NCBI GenBank assembly: GCA_028534125.1
Contig: CM052816.1
Location: forward strand, 47,370,001-47,434,000
DNA: 64,000 bases
From: Lama glama
Lineage: Eukaryota
Direction of reading: 5' to 3'
A model generated the notes under the pieces. That model ran no database searches. It was not told where the DNA came from and saw only the letters and a list, made by a program, of their open reading frames with translations. Positions 26,087 through 40,199 of the stretch are shown in pieces (within the stretch, counting starts at the first letter, position 1; the number at the start of each line of letters is the position of its first letter). The translations under genes and the position numbers were made by a program.

Positions 26087-26112
<26 letters not shown>
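26087..26112. repeat. (TG)13 microsatellite
   Basis: Read directly; preceded by a short TA run. Confidence 0.95.
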
Positions 26113-26113
<1 letters not shown>

Positions 26114-28349
26114 CTATCTATTTATGTGGGGAAAGGACACATGAGAAATTGAGAAGTGAGGTAGGAAAGGAGAACGGTCATGATACCTTCCATCTAAAAC
26201 CACAGACAGACCAGTTTTGTAACAGAACAAATACTGAAGATGAGGGCCTGGAAAATGACCTCCTTAAAACCACAGTTGGTTGTGTATCCTTTGGAAAATC
26301 GTGATTACTGTCAAGGGTTTTGTTTTCTTGTGAAGAATGCAGATGGAGATCACAGATGAGGACGTCAACAGAGTCCAGGCTGGAGTGAGAAAGGGGACTG
26401 AAGTCACTCAGGGGGCTGGTGATTACAAAAGCAAGTGTATTTAGATGGGCACAGAGGCCTGGCTTGGGTCAGCAGTTGATGCGATTGGGGAGTGCTCTTG
26501 GTATTGAGTAACTTGGAATTTACCCTCCAATGGTAGAAAGCAGTGGATTTATTGTGTGTGGGGAAAGAAGCAAGATGTTTAACTTTTGCCAGAAGGAGCC
26601 TCAGACGGGTTAGAGCGTGGTCATTTTCATAATGATTAACTTGGGAGGAAATAGGGTAAGAAATTTGAGGATCAGGAAGAGGATGGCAAGGATATTTCTG
26701 TCACTGGGGATTTTACTGGGACTAAGGGGATGGGAAAGGAAAACATTTTTGTTTTATCCCTTATTTGTGTCTTGCAGTACTATGTACACAGTAAATATTT
26801 TGATTTTAACCAACTACTTGTGATTTAAAATTGTCTTTAACTGTTATTGATAAATACTGGCTAGTTGATTGGATGCATCATTTCATAATCAACATAATTA
26901 AATTCTCTGAATCATTGACAACTCAGAAGACGAAAATATGGAAAGTGACTCTTCTCTATTCATCATGTATCAAATTATAGAAAGTTATTAAAGAAATTGA
27001 AATTTGGGGAATATTTCACCCTGGGAAGTAAGGTAGTTAAGTAATCTCTATGTAAGCTTTTACTTCGATTTCCACAATCAAGTTACCCAATGGTTGACAC
27101 TTCATAGTATTAATCATAGACTGTGTGTTTTAAACAGTATTTGAGAAACATCTCTTCTGTTACTCTGCATCTGCCTAAGAAGACAAATAGGGAAAATAAA
27201 CACGGAAGGAGGTTCTAAGAAAGAATGAAATTGTGTATATGTTTTCATTAAAGCAAAGTGTTCTCCTTCAGAATTTGTGATAATCTCTAAAAGTATGAGA
27301 GAAAACTCATAAGAAAAAGTGAATGCAGTTACACACACCTTGGTAGTTTCCCAAAGGAGAAGAAATCACCGTTATTAGTTAGCAAAGATAAGAATAGAAA
27401 TAATGGACTTCAATTTGAACAAGAAGAAATCTGAAAGAGTGGGGAAAATTTGAGCAGTGAGATCATCTGGGAATGAAGCCAATTTCGGGAAGAGATGATG
27501 GGATCCAAACCATGTTTAACCTTAATGTTGCAGCTTGTCAATCACCTAGAGGAAGGATGCACCCATGCTCTCAAGAGAAGAAAACGGGGAAGAGCAGTGA
27601 GCAGAGGGACAGGGAGGGTTTACATCCCTGATCTTACGTTGCCTTCTTTCCTCCCAATGTGAAAAGAGAGGGGTTAGAGGCTGTGTGTGTGTGTGTGCCT
27701 GCATGGTGGATGGGACAGTCACCCCGGGTGTGTGATAGCCATCTGTGGTGGAGTCTGGGAACTGAGCACAGGAACCCTGTGTATCTTTTACTCTCCCATT
27801 GGTGAGGGAACTCAGGGAACATGGAGGCAGATTTTCTCTTTATTATCAGAGTGCAGTTTAAAGGGGATACAAGATACTCAGTCTTTCCTGGAAGGCCAGT
27901 GTCAATAAATGGTCCAGGTAGATTCACCAAATGTCAAGGCAGAAAAAGGCTCAGGAGATAGACAGTGTCTGAATGGCACTTTCCTATCCTTGACTTTAAG
28001 ACAGGAATGTTTTAAAAGCATAAAACCTTATGGTTCTCTGTCAGGCAGATCCAGTCATCAACACCCTACATCCTACCTCCAGAGAAAGCTCTGGTCACTC
28101 TTCAGGCAGCCGGAACTTGGACCAGGCTAAGGTCTTCCAGAGCTTTGGCCTCTGCTCCCCCTTATTCCTGAGTGACTTGGGGTCACTGACAACCCTCCTG
28201 CGTAGAAAGGATAGCAGTTCTCCTCATTTCTGTGAAAATAAGAAATAATAAAAAGCCCCTGGAGGACCCACCATTTCCATTAAAAAAAAATAGGAAAAAT
28301 GACTGAGGACAGAGACAAAGGAGCTGCACTACATTTGTATGAGTTTGGG

Positions 28350-28445
28350 GGAATCATTCCATCTCTCTGAGCCTCTGCGTTCTCCTTTTAAGAACCCAGA
28401 CCTGGACTAGATGATCTTGAAGATCCCTTCCTGCTTTCAGCGCTT
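28350..28445 (+). mobile_element. MIR3 fragment
   Basis: ctctctgagcctctg...tggactagatgatcttgaagatcccttcc. Confidence 0.65.
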
Positions 28446-30879
28446 GGCTGTACATGAAATTTTCCAGAAAATGGTAGAGTGCTTTGATTTTTGTAGAAGG
28501 AATAACTGGCCTCAATCCTTCCACAGAAGGTAGATTTTGAATTGCATTATGAGTATTGGTAAGCTCTTTATGGGTATTATTCATGATGGAGTCGAAGCTC
28601 TAGGTTGGCAAGTTGAGGATCAGAGAGGGAATAAAAAAGGCACTGCTAGGAATTGGGAAGAATAAAAGATTTGGGATGAATAGTTATAGAAGCCAAGAGC
28701 AGCAGGGGAAGACGGGAAGTAATTGATTCCTCATCCTTCACCTCTGGCCCCCAATTCAATCAGATACCAAGTCCCTTTCATTCTTTCTTTCTCTTTCTGT
28801 CTACTTTTCCGAACCAAATCCGGAGGGAGAGGTTGTATTACAACTTGGAGGTATACTAACTTATGCACCAGCATCACACTTCTCAGGGATCAATTCAAAT
28901 TTCTCACCAAATTTGGAGAGAAATTCCAGACAAACATCAAAGGAAAATAGTGATCAGTATGTTGATAACATTTTCAATATTACAGATATTTCTCTTCATA
29001 AAATTATTTTTAATTTTTAAAAATAGATTCTTATTTTATGGATTTGAAGCAACAGGGATAAAAATATGCTTTTGAAGTGAGGATGTCAACCCTGATGTGA
29101 GGAACACATATGTTGACACCAAAGTTAAAAAGACCCCATGGAAATGACAAATGCTGAGGAGAAAGCACTATTACAGCCGATCTTGACCTTCCTGAGAATA
29201 TGATCAACCTGTTTAGCACTGATGGTTTTCCATGTTCATAGTAAAAAGCTATGAGCGACTGTATTTGGGATGGAGGTCAGGTCATATCTTAGTGTAAAAA
29301 TAATGAAATGATATCCTGCCAGACATAAAAATCATTCTGCAAATCTCTTTTTCCTTTCTTTCCTCCTTTTGCAGCATAGATGCACATGTTTGCATAATAT
29401 GCCTACGCACAGTGAGCCTGGCTCTTCTTCCTTCTATCGTCCCAACCAACCCGATTCCAAAGAGGAGTCTTAACATCCCTAAAGGGTATTAGAGTGGTTA
29501 TCAGAACCAATGGTCTTTTTAAGGGTTCTGGGAAGGGGCAAGGAAATGGAACACAGCAGGGACCCTGAGTGAAAGTGATGTATTCTGTACCTTTCTTGAA
29601 TTTATCGAAGAGAAGCACAGTTTTAGGGAAAGGTCCAGGAAAGCATGTTTTCCTGACTACCTGGATTTTTAAAAAATGGATCTCGTAAGCTGCCAGACAG
29701 GAACTCAGAAAAATAATATGTTGATTTGTGCAAGAAGTGTGTGCAACGTGAGAGGAAGCCCTCTCAAAGTTCCCTTTATTCCTTGACAACGATCGACCAT
29801 GGTTATCGTTTCAAGGATAGTGAAAGAAAGCGAGAAGTGTGGTTCACGTTCCTCCTGAAAGTGAGAATGAAAGAAGACGTCAGTGACTCCACTGGTACAC
29901 CAGAGTGCATAAGAAACGTAGTAATAAAATACTAGTAAGAAATATGGGAGACGAGTTACGACTGAGACAGCTTCCTGCTGTGGATGGCCCGTTAGTCAGT
30001 GGGAACTGTAGGCAAATCAAGTGCTATGAACTGGTGTCTGGGTGTGAAGAAATCCTAGCTGAATAGGATCAGCTGCTTTAACTGGGTGGGAAAGAATCAA
30101 CTGGACTGTGCAAAAAAAAAAAATAAAATAAAAAAGCGCTCTGTGTCATTGGATTGATCTAGCAAGCAAGAAATAGAAATCTAAAGTCAATTTGGCCTGC
30201 ATGAAGAGATTTTTTTTCTATAGGCTTCTTGCCCATATGTTAAGTGTTGAAATAGCCAGAGCCTAGATCCAAAACTGTTGAAGGCTAAAGTTTCAATGTG
30301 TAGTTACTTGTTTTGCTTTTCCTCACTCTGTCAGTTGTACACTTACTGCACTTGTGATGTCACAGACCTGACTGGGGAATCATTTCTATTTCCCCCCAGT
30401 TCTTCTTTATGAATCAAGTGCAGACTGTTTTTCTTTTTCTTTTTCTTTTTTTTTTCCCCATTTCTCCTCGAGTGGCATAGCCTCCCAGGGCAGGGGCAGC
30501 ATGGGATGAGGAGAAAGAGAAGGAGAGAAAGTTCAGTCAGGTCTCTGAATGCTGGAAAGGCACTGTTGCAGGTCTTAGAAGTACCTCCAGGGTTTCTCCA
30601 TCCTCAGGTTGCATTAAGTCAAAGATTTTCATTTGAATTTTATATCTCAGTGAGTAAACTCCATACTAATCGCTTCTGTGGGTCATGCTCTTCCTGGCAT
30701 TTCTCTTATTCCCAGTCATTTGCTATTTCATCCTCAGGGTAGCCTGACATACATGAGCCATCTCAGAATTTCTTGAATAAATATTCGCTATAGTCATTTC
30801 AAGGGAGGCAATGGTAAGTCATTGGCACAGAGTTCACCTGAATTTTCTTAGGTTTCAAGGATTTTTTTCTTCGTGGCCC

Positions 30880-31070
30880 AGATAACTGGGAGTCAGGCAT
30901 TCCTTTCCTCCTGGCTCTACTTAGCCACCGGGGACGCCTGTGTTGTCTTTCCTCAGTGATTTCATATGCAAAATGGGAATAATTACACTTTTTCCTTGGC
31001 TCCCTGGAAGGTTAAGATTTTTTTTTATTTAGAAAGTATTTATGAGTGAAATATACTTTGAATAGGAATT
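30880..31070 (+). mobile_element. MIR fragment
   Basis: tgggagtcagg...ctggctctac...cctcagtgatttcatatgcaaaatgggaataat. Confidence 0.6.
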
Positions 31071-32081
31071 ATTGTTAGGATTATTATTATCAATAAAGAT
31101 TTAAGTCTATTTTTTTTTTTTGTCAAAAAGTATCCTGAAAGTTAGAATTCAAGCTAATAAATTAAAACAGGCTTGAGGGCATATGAACTTGAGTGTCTGT
31201 CAATGACAATTGGATGCAGTGAGTAATCCAATTTCCTTCGGGAAACATGTAACTGTGGCAGGGGTGAGAAGTAGGTTTGAGGCTAGAAGACGAACAAAGG
31301 GAGTATGTGGATGTTCATTAATTTCTTCAGGAAACAGTGGGAGGAAAAGGAGGGTCGGAAGACATATTTACGAAGAGACAAGGGAAAGGAACTGTGAAAG
31401 GACAAATTAAGAAGAAAGCCTCGAGAAGTCAGAATCACTCTGAGAAACTGGCAAAACTCACAAAGTACAGACTTGAATGTTCAGGAAGTGTCAGTTGACT
31501 GATAGACATAAAGGAGATTCAAAGAGAAATCAAGGGGTTAGGGAGAAATTAAAAAGAGCCACCCCAATTATTCCATACTTAGGAGGAAAAAGACTGGTGG
31601 AAGAAGTAGAAATCTGGGAGAAACCACTGAAACTGTCCCTAGATTCTATACCCCCTGCTAAGTCTAGAGATGGGAAATAGGGTGCTCTGAGGGGCTGAGG
31701 TGCTGTCCAGAATGATGGACTGGAAAGCCGGGACTCTCCTGTCTGGAAAGGGAGAGGTGGAGCAGGCTCACCATAGAAGTCACTAATGTCACAGATGGAA
31801 GCTATTGAGAAAGTACAAACTTAGCCTCTGAGTCCCACAGAGTCCACTAACTGGAAAGAATTCCCCTTGAAGTATGGAAGAGCAGGAAAGAACACGTTTA
31901 GTGAGCACAATGCTCCAATAGGTGGTAATAACTAATATGTATCCAGATTTAAAAAGATATGTTGAATGTAGATGCAGATATTTTTTGTGCTTTATACATA
32001 TTTATTTTTTACAGTGAGATAAACTATTTTAAATTAAAATTGGTATAAACTATTGGTTGACTATTAATACATTTAAAATTT

Positions 32082-32271
32082 TTTACCATTATTTTTTATT
32101 GAAGTGTAGTTGATTTACAATGTTAGTTTCAAGTGTACAGCAAAGCGATTCAGTTATACTTATACATATATATTTTCCATTTTTTTTCTATTACAGCTCA
32201 TTACAAGAAATTGAATATAGTTTCCCGTGCTATAGAGTAGGTTCTTGCTGCTTATCCACTTCACACAGAGT
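32082..32271 (-). mobile_element. Very short cetartiodactyl-type L1 3' end
   Basis: ttattgaagtgtagttgatttacaatgttagtttcaagtgtacagcaaagcgattcagttata...tcccgtgctatagagtagg. Same family as the copies at 10278 and 58036; TSD only imperfect. Confidence 0.85.
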
Positions 32272-33059
32272 AAATACACTTTAATTTAAACTTTTTGTTA
32301 TCAAATGAAATACAGATCCAGAAAATCCACACTGAACAAATAGGTGGCTTAATGACTTATTTCAGGTGAAAACCTTGTAACTGTATCCAGTCAAGAATGA
32401 CAAATATTTTCAGCCACCCTCCCTGTACGAGCCTTACCCTAATCTTATTTCCTCCTTCCCCTGGAAGTAATGACTATCCTGGCTTTTGCAACAATCACTT
32501 CAGATACAGATTTTTGACTTTGATATTAAGGTAGGCAGATACTGCCCTTCATCAACATCTCCCTTGATTCTGCTACCAGACCCATAACCTAAATGGACCA
32601 GGAATTTCACTAACTGTAGATATCTATGTCTTGACATTAAGTAGGAAATTCACAATTTTCTGTCTTACCTCCTTTTGATATGAAGGAATGAAAAGGTCAA
32701 TGTTTCTCTTGCTAATGCGACAAGCTACATTCTTGTACAACTCAGTGTTCATGTACCTGAAAAGGTAGGGCAGGTATGGGAAGAGCACGTTGGTTCACCC
32801 TCCCCCCCTTCTCCTGCCTGTGCCCTCTGAGGGGTGGAGGTGCCGGAGAGCATTCTGCTACTGAGGCCACTGTGGGGCGGCCATTTAAGCTTAAAGAGAA
32901 AAAGGCTTGAGCTAATGTGCTAATTTTCTGCACTTCGAATCCATCACAAATAACATTCAGAGGCTGTTCATCCAAAGTTAGTTTCAAATATGGGAGGTTC
33001 TTGAAATTCCTGCAGAGGCTCTGTTGATAAAGAAGTGTGCTGGACAGGACAGCAGTGTG

Positions 33060-33340
33060 ATATTCATTTATTTATTCACCCTGGATTTTTGAGTACTCTT
33101 ATTTTCCAGGCAACAAGATACAGAAACAGTCCTGCTCTTCATGGAGCTAACCATCCAGGGCAGTGGTTTTTGTCCCTTGCTGCACATTAGAATCACCTTG
33201 GAAGTAAAACAAACAAACCAACAATGTGAGCCCTCCCTACTCCCCACCCCTAATCCACGCACAAACATACGGAGATTCAGTTTTGAATACAGGCTTGAAA
33301 ATCAGTGGTTTTTAAAATCCTGAATTTTTTTAGTGTGCAC
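33060..33340. mobile_element. Antisense L2 3' end followed by a MER5-type MITE (from ~33161)
   Basis: cagtcctgctcttcatggagctaac (L2), then cagtggtttttgtcccttgctgcacattagaatcacctt (MER5 terminus). Confidence 0.65.
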
Positions 33341-36300
33341 ACAGAGTTCATCTCTCTGATGAAGAGAAAAGACAAATACTGAATACCCTTAATCCCAAGG
33401 TGATGACTGAGGTGATATAGACGCACACATGGAACACTGGAAGTTTGTAATATCAGGGACAAACATCTATCTAGAGTAGATGCAACAGTGTTAGGGTTTA
33501 TAGAGTGAAGGCAGTGGGTTTGAAGGTTATGATTACTTATTAATTGAGGTTTCTATCATTAGGGTTACATTTCATTATAAAATTCACCTCATCATTGCCT
33601 TGCCTACAAAAATCAGTGGTAAGACAGCTGGTGGGTGATAATGTACAGGTTTTCTCTGAAAACTCTCTGGATCAGAGTATTCTGTGAAGTGCTTGTTTCA
33701 CCAGATACGTTCGAGCAGAAAAGCAGTCTCCCACTGGGGGAAGGGAGGAAAGTTTCTCTCCACACGCTGTAGTTTCAAAACAAAATGGCTGGATTGGTGT
33801 ATAGAAAATTAAGCCAACTTGAATCCTTTGGAATGTTGCTGTAGAAATTGATACTCTCTGGTCATCAAAATAATCCCATGCCAACAACCCAACAACTGGG
33901 TGGAAGCTTTGCATCCTCCAGTCAGCGGCAGGTTGCAGGAAATCTCCAGTTTCTAGACTGCATTATTACACAGCCCCGCCTCAGCACAACCTTGGCAGAG
34001 GTATGTTCAATAACAAAAGACTGTCACGTGTTGTGGTTCGTCTACAGTAGAGCCAGATGGTGGCAACAGAAATACTTTTTCCTAAAATCACATGGGTCAT
34101 ATAAACCCTTACTTAAGCCAAACTTAAGTTATGGGCAGGAAACCAAATGACAGAGAACCAGCCTGAAGTCACAGGTCACCAAAGCTGGACCTAATCACAC
34201 ACACGTTCAACTTTCCCCTTCTTCCAGTCCTCAGTCTCTTTTTACGGTACCTTTTAGAATAGTTCTTCTCAGCAGTAGAACTCCTTGTTTATTTGTAAAT
34301 AATTGACTTTAACCTTACATCTGAAAACAATGCTCCCAGTGTATTCCAGGAGGCAAGGAAATTAGAAAGGTGTACTTCACAGCAGAAAGACCCATTTGTT
34401 TTTGTAATTCCCATCAATGTACAGAAACATCACCCCAAACAGTTTTTGAGTAGTGACTTCAGGGATTCCAGTATATTTCTTCACAGTTATAATCTGATGC
34501 AAACATATCAGGATGGAGAAAATATATACATATGTTACAATTTAACTTTCTCTGACTAGATCTTCAGTTTAAATGGAGCTGTTTGTGGGCTCAGATTCAT
34601 TAAAAATAGTCAGAGCTTTCCACTGACCTGGGATCTCTCTGGGTGGTTAGCATCAATGTCGGAAGACTTCTAGCTTACAGTGAAAACCACTGAAAAATTA
34701 ACCCAGATGCAACCACTGACAAGAGGGTGTTTCTGTGGCAACAGGTGCCCTTTTGTGTAGGGAAAGAGACCTGACCTCACAGGGGCAAAGGTTGGGGGCA
34801 GAGACCTTAGCATGTAGGTCTTTCAAAAGGCATAGAGCCCAGGTCCCTCAGGGAAGAAACCCTAGACCACGTCCTTTGTTACTCGTGCCTAAGATTACTT
34901 CTGCTGATCTTCTGAAACTCAAGAGGACAGAATTTAAGCCCAACATGGAAGTGTCTAATATTCTGGCATTCTTAAAAGATGTACCTTGCTGGTAAGATAG
35001 TGAATCATTCTCTTTTAGCAAGCCCTAAGCACTCTCGCGTCTCCTGTTTCTAGGTAGACTAAGCTACACGCTTCTAATTTAACCAGAGATTTACACGCAA
35101 CCAAACATTGCAGATGGTCTTTGGTTCTTATCACATTCTCCTGAGAAATGCTAGCAGGCTCTAAACATCTGGGATTTGTGTCCTTTGGCAAAACGTAGAG
35201 ATAAATGCTTTTCAGTCAGTTAACTACATATAGCGTTATCTCGGGGAGGCGCTCTTCCTTTGTGGCATCACAGCAAGAAACTGACAGTGTCTACTTTTCT
35301 TAGGAGTAAGATGCTTTGCATTGCTAAGAGGTTTATAATTATATGTTTGTGACCTCATCCCCAATAGCCTCACCCCATGAATACAGATAACATTTTACAA
35401 AAGCACAGGCTGGGAACAAGTCAGACAGGGGAGGAGGAGAGGGAGGCTGGGGTGCTCAGTGCCCATCTCTGGGCGAGGCTCTGGGACGGCCAGTGAGGGA
35501 AACTGGCTTGGCCAGGACTCCAGAGTGGCCTCCAATCTCAGACACTGGCCTTCTGTTTCATGGGCTGGGCAGCACCCATGGGAAGAAGGAGAAATCCTCT
35601 ACCTATAGGCTGGCATTTTATTTATATCACCTTCCTTCTTGAGTTGTTCGGAAGAAGCTGAGGTGGCTGTGGCATTCCTTTTCTTTCTTTACTTGGCTAC
35701 AGTTTAAAATCTGAATAGCTGTTTATGCTGGAAGGCTGAACACCCAATCAGCAGTTTGAATTGAAGCTGTATTGTTCCCTCATGGAAATGCCTGTTTCAT
35801 CTGTCAGCTCTTTTTTATAGTGAGCCTAATAATTCATGCTTGCTAAAGATGTTTTCTGACCTGTGATTCCATTGCCAGTTACGAAAGGATTTGGCAGCAT
35901 TCACTCTTCCTTTCGTAATAGGGGGCCACTAAGGTGAAACTGCTGTTCCAGTGCCCTCATGGTACCAGACCCAGACTGGGGGAGGGTGCGGTGGGGGGGG
36001 GTCAGGGACCTTGACCTTGAGAGAGGGCCACTAGACTTCGAAGAAAGATGTCCTGGCAAGAGGCCTCCTTGGGAGCTGCCTCCTTCCCTGGAGGTCTATG
36101 ACCCCATGGTGCCCTGATGTCTGAAAGGGTTAATGCACCCACAGAAGGGCCAGAGGGCCCTGCATGCACAGGACTTCATCCCGAGGCCGTGAACACAAAT
36201 GAAGTGGATCACTGTCATCCAGGAAGTTTGTATCATCTCTTCAAAGTGATCTTTAAAAAAGTATTGTGATCCTATTAGATAGATTGACCCATTTCGAAAA

Positions 36301-39300
36301 CAAAACAAAAAAAACCCCAAAAATACCCCCCAAAAAACCTGGACAGTAAGAATCCTTTGTGCCTTTCAAAAAAGAGGTTCTATGTATGTGTGTGAACTAT
36401 GTATCCTTTATCTTATTACTGTTGAAATCACATTATGTTAAGTGGGACTTCTTTAAATGGGCCACCCTGCCTTATAATTATAGTCCTTTCAGATATTTAA
36501 TTTGCAAGTTATTGGCGGACCCGTCCTGAAAAGAACTTTTCTAATTGCAAATGAAATTATTCTCCAGGTGAAGTGTATCTGTTCCTTTTTTGATTCTCCC
36601 ATAAAACTTGGTTTTTATTTCTCTCAGAGCATTTGTCTTATCCTCAGTAATAATCATTTGTATACTGGTTTTATACCTACCAGTCTGGGCAATTTCTTGA
36701 GGTCGGTGACTTAATCTTACTCATTTCGTATTTATTGCAGCCCCGGTCTCAATGCCTTCTTTCAGAAGGGACTTAATGAATCTTGGTGAATCGGTTTCAA
36801 GAATATTTTTAACAAAACATCCTAAATTGAAATAGAATAGCTCCCGATATATTCTAATTAGTTTGAAAAACAGATCTGAATGCACAATGACATTGATGAG
36901 AAGGCTTGGAAAGCAGACCTTGCTTTAGACATAAAGTTTAACATAGTGAGCAAGTTACAATTGTAAATAAACCCTTCAGGGAAGAGATTTCATAAGGTTT
37001 CGAATTTTTGAAAAATGTAAGTAGGTATTTTGAATAAAATATTTTAAAAAATTGTATTCTTATCGGCTTTTGGCCTTAAATGTTCTGGTAACAAAAATGC
37101 TGAACCACCTCTGGAGAAGCTGGGGGCTGTGAGCATATTGACAGTGTAAGTAAAGCTTCCAAAATATTCTAAGACAGTCATAACTGATGGCGGGATAGCT
37201 CTCTGAAGTTGCAAAGGATTTTCATATTGAAGTAAGCATTAATAAGCCCTTTCTAAAGGGGACCTCAGGAAAGTTCCCTGACTTGCTTGGGGTCATTCCA
37301 TGAGTGAAGACCAGAGCTAGAGCTGATCTCAAGGCTCGGACAATGAGAGCCACCTCCCTTCAGTTACGTCCCCTTTTTCAAATAAATAAGCAGAAGATGG
37401 TGTTTATCATCCTGCTTAATTGTAGATTTCTCCTTTACAGAAATAGAATTTTCAGAGTTGAGAAAAACTATAAAACTTCTGATGCAAAATTTTTTCTTTT
37501 ACAGTTAAAGGAGAGCCTTTATTTTATTTTTTTTGTGGTTGTTAAGAATAGCAGGTTAGGGAATTTATTAAACTTAATGTATTCTCGTTGCTGAGCTAAC
37601 AGCTCTGTGACATAGATATTATTTCTGTTCTGCCAATAAAGAAGCAATGTGCAGAAAGGACCAGTAATATTTCAAACATCACACCTAGAAAATGACAAAA
37701 ATAGGTCGGCTATACCCAAACCAGGTACCACAATTCAAACTCATGCTATGACACATGCACTGACTCCAGTTACACATCAGTTAACGGCAGAATTAGGTAT
37801 TTTAATGAATTACAGCGCTTCACCCCAAGTTTTTGCTAATAATCAGTCGGAACTGCATGAAGTCCCCATCCCTGTCTTCAAATCCCTTTCTATAGTTGCA
37901 ACTTTTCTTGAACTACTCTATAGGAGCAATGGACATAAAGAATAGGTTTTAATTATGTCTCTTTTTAAACTCAAAGCTTTGACTTACCTTACATTGGACT
38001 TTGATCTGACAGAGATTTCCAACTTATTTTTTCATACCAAGTTCAAAAATCCATTTATACTTAAACATGCTTAATGGAAGGTGAGAAACAAGTAATGAAA
38101 TTGAGAAATGTTCAGAAAAGAGCCACCGAGATGATGAAAGGATTGCAGGGTGTGTTCTGAAGGCAGATAAACTAAAAGACGAGACTGGGCTCCAGCTGAG
38201 AAAGATGAAGGCTCTACGCGTGGGCAAAATCTTGATCAAAGTTGAGAAAAATGTGTCCTATTTCTAGGGCAAACATGGATACGTTCCCCAAACCCCAGAG
38301 CTCTCCCTGGGGGTATTTCTTTTAGACTTTATGTGTGACTCACACGCGCTTTCCACAGCAGAGCCCTTACTCTGTGATCGCTGCCAACACTTGCATCTCT
38401 ATCTCCCTCCCTCTAACTGGTTGTATGTTTTCTGAAGCCTCCTTGTCTGCCTTATATTTATGGTTATCCTTGCATAGTGCCATTCACTAGATAAATCCTT
38501 AGAAAAGTATGTACTTAATTGAACTGAGCTATGAGTTTCAGATAAACATCAAGCATGGTTTTATGGGGTGGCTGATATATTTACAAATTTTGTTACCCCA
38601 GGTAGTGATGATAGGCTTAAATTCCCAGTAGATCCAAGAAATCTTTAGGTAGGTCAAGTACTGGCACACTTATAGCTCATTGTTAAGGAATTAGTCATAT
38701 TTGCAGAAGTGAATTACTTTTGGAGGTGCGAGCCTGAATGACAATGTGTCCTTCAAAATAACGAATGCCTCTGGCAGATTGGACTAGACGATCCCTGGTC
38801 TGACTTAATACGACATTATCTTTACTGATATTTTTACAGGTTGCATTAAATGTGTGTGGAAACTTCATCTCTCCATTGCAGTCATTATGAAATACCATCA
38901 CGGTTGTCATTCTAGCTGATATAACTTTGATTCACTTCAGTCCTTTGACTTCTTGGTCAGATGAAAACTCTGAGGAAGCCAAGGTGTTAACACACTTTAA
39001 CTCAATGCTAACAATGGGAATGAAAGATTCTGTTTCTCCTCCCTACCCAGTATCACACTCTTCCTGTTCCTCAGCTGGACTTCTTGGCTCTGGTCTCCGG
39101 GCCTTGGAAGAGATCCCCCCACTGAGGGGGCTGCCATAGATGGATCAGAAACAAGTCTCAAAGAACAGCTTGGGGATAGCTTCAGACTATGACTTGTGAT
39201 AATGGAAGGCTCTTTGTTACCTATTCCCACCTTTTTTTCCCTTTCCTCTCACCTTCTCAGTCTCCCAGAGGGATGTAAGCACCACAGCTACTAATAAAAC

Positions 39301-40199
39301 AATTTGGCTTTTTGTAACAGATGGGTAGCTCCATCTGGTGTAAACCTGTAGAGGGATGTCCTTGGTGTTAGTTGGTGAGAAATATGGGAAGTGGGGACTA
39401 ACTCCTCTTCCTAAACCGCGTGCCCTTTGATGAGCTTTTCACTCAGTGTGGGCGTTGGCAGCCATGGAGGCCGTCAAACTAAGGCATGGCCTAGGAGTAG
39501 ATTGCGGCTCTCACAACTCTGCGGTTGAAAAGCAGCTACTGGTGCAAATGTACATTGTGCAACTAATTCTCTGAAGCTGACTTTGAAGAAGTAACCCAAT
39601 CCCAGCTGGAGTATCTGCACAGAATAAAGCAATGACCCAGCACCAAGCAGACAGTAGACACTCATTATAGAATAAATGCATGAAAGATGACCAAAGCCTA
39701 GCCTGATTGTGTCCGGGTGCGCTGGGAATGGTAGAGGATGTCAGAGATACTTTTTTTTCCCTTCCACATCTAAAAGGTGAGGGCAGAGGTTGAGGGCAGA
39801 GGCGAGTTGGGCATAACTAAGTCTTTGAGGATGAGTGGGAGAATTCCCCTTCCTTTCACTGTTTTCCCTGCCCAACAACTATGTTAGATAAGACAGGGGA
39901 AGTGGAGTTTAGCAGAGCTTCTGTACAGCTTCTATCATCTGGGAGACTGAAGAAAGCCATTTAGTGTGTGGTACTTTCCTAGGTGCAAAGGTATTTTGTA
40001 AATCCTAATCATTAATTTTTGTATCATGCTATTGCTATTCTTCTTGTTTCCAAAGGTGAGGCAGTGTGCCATGTTTTTCTGTGGGACAGATATCACTTCT
40101 CCATAAACAAAATCCTTTGACTCTGCTGCTTTGGTTAGCTATCTGATGAAAAGATGAAAGAATAAAGCTGTATCTGAGACCCATTCTGTAGCCTACATA

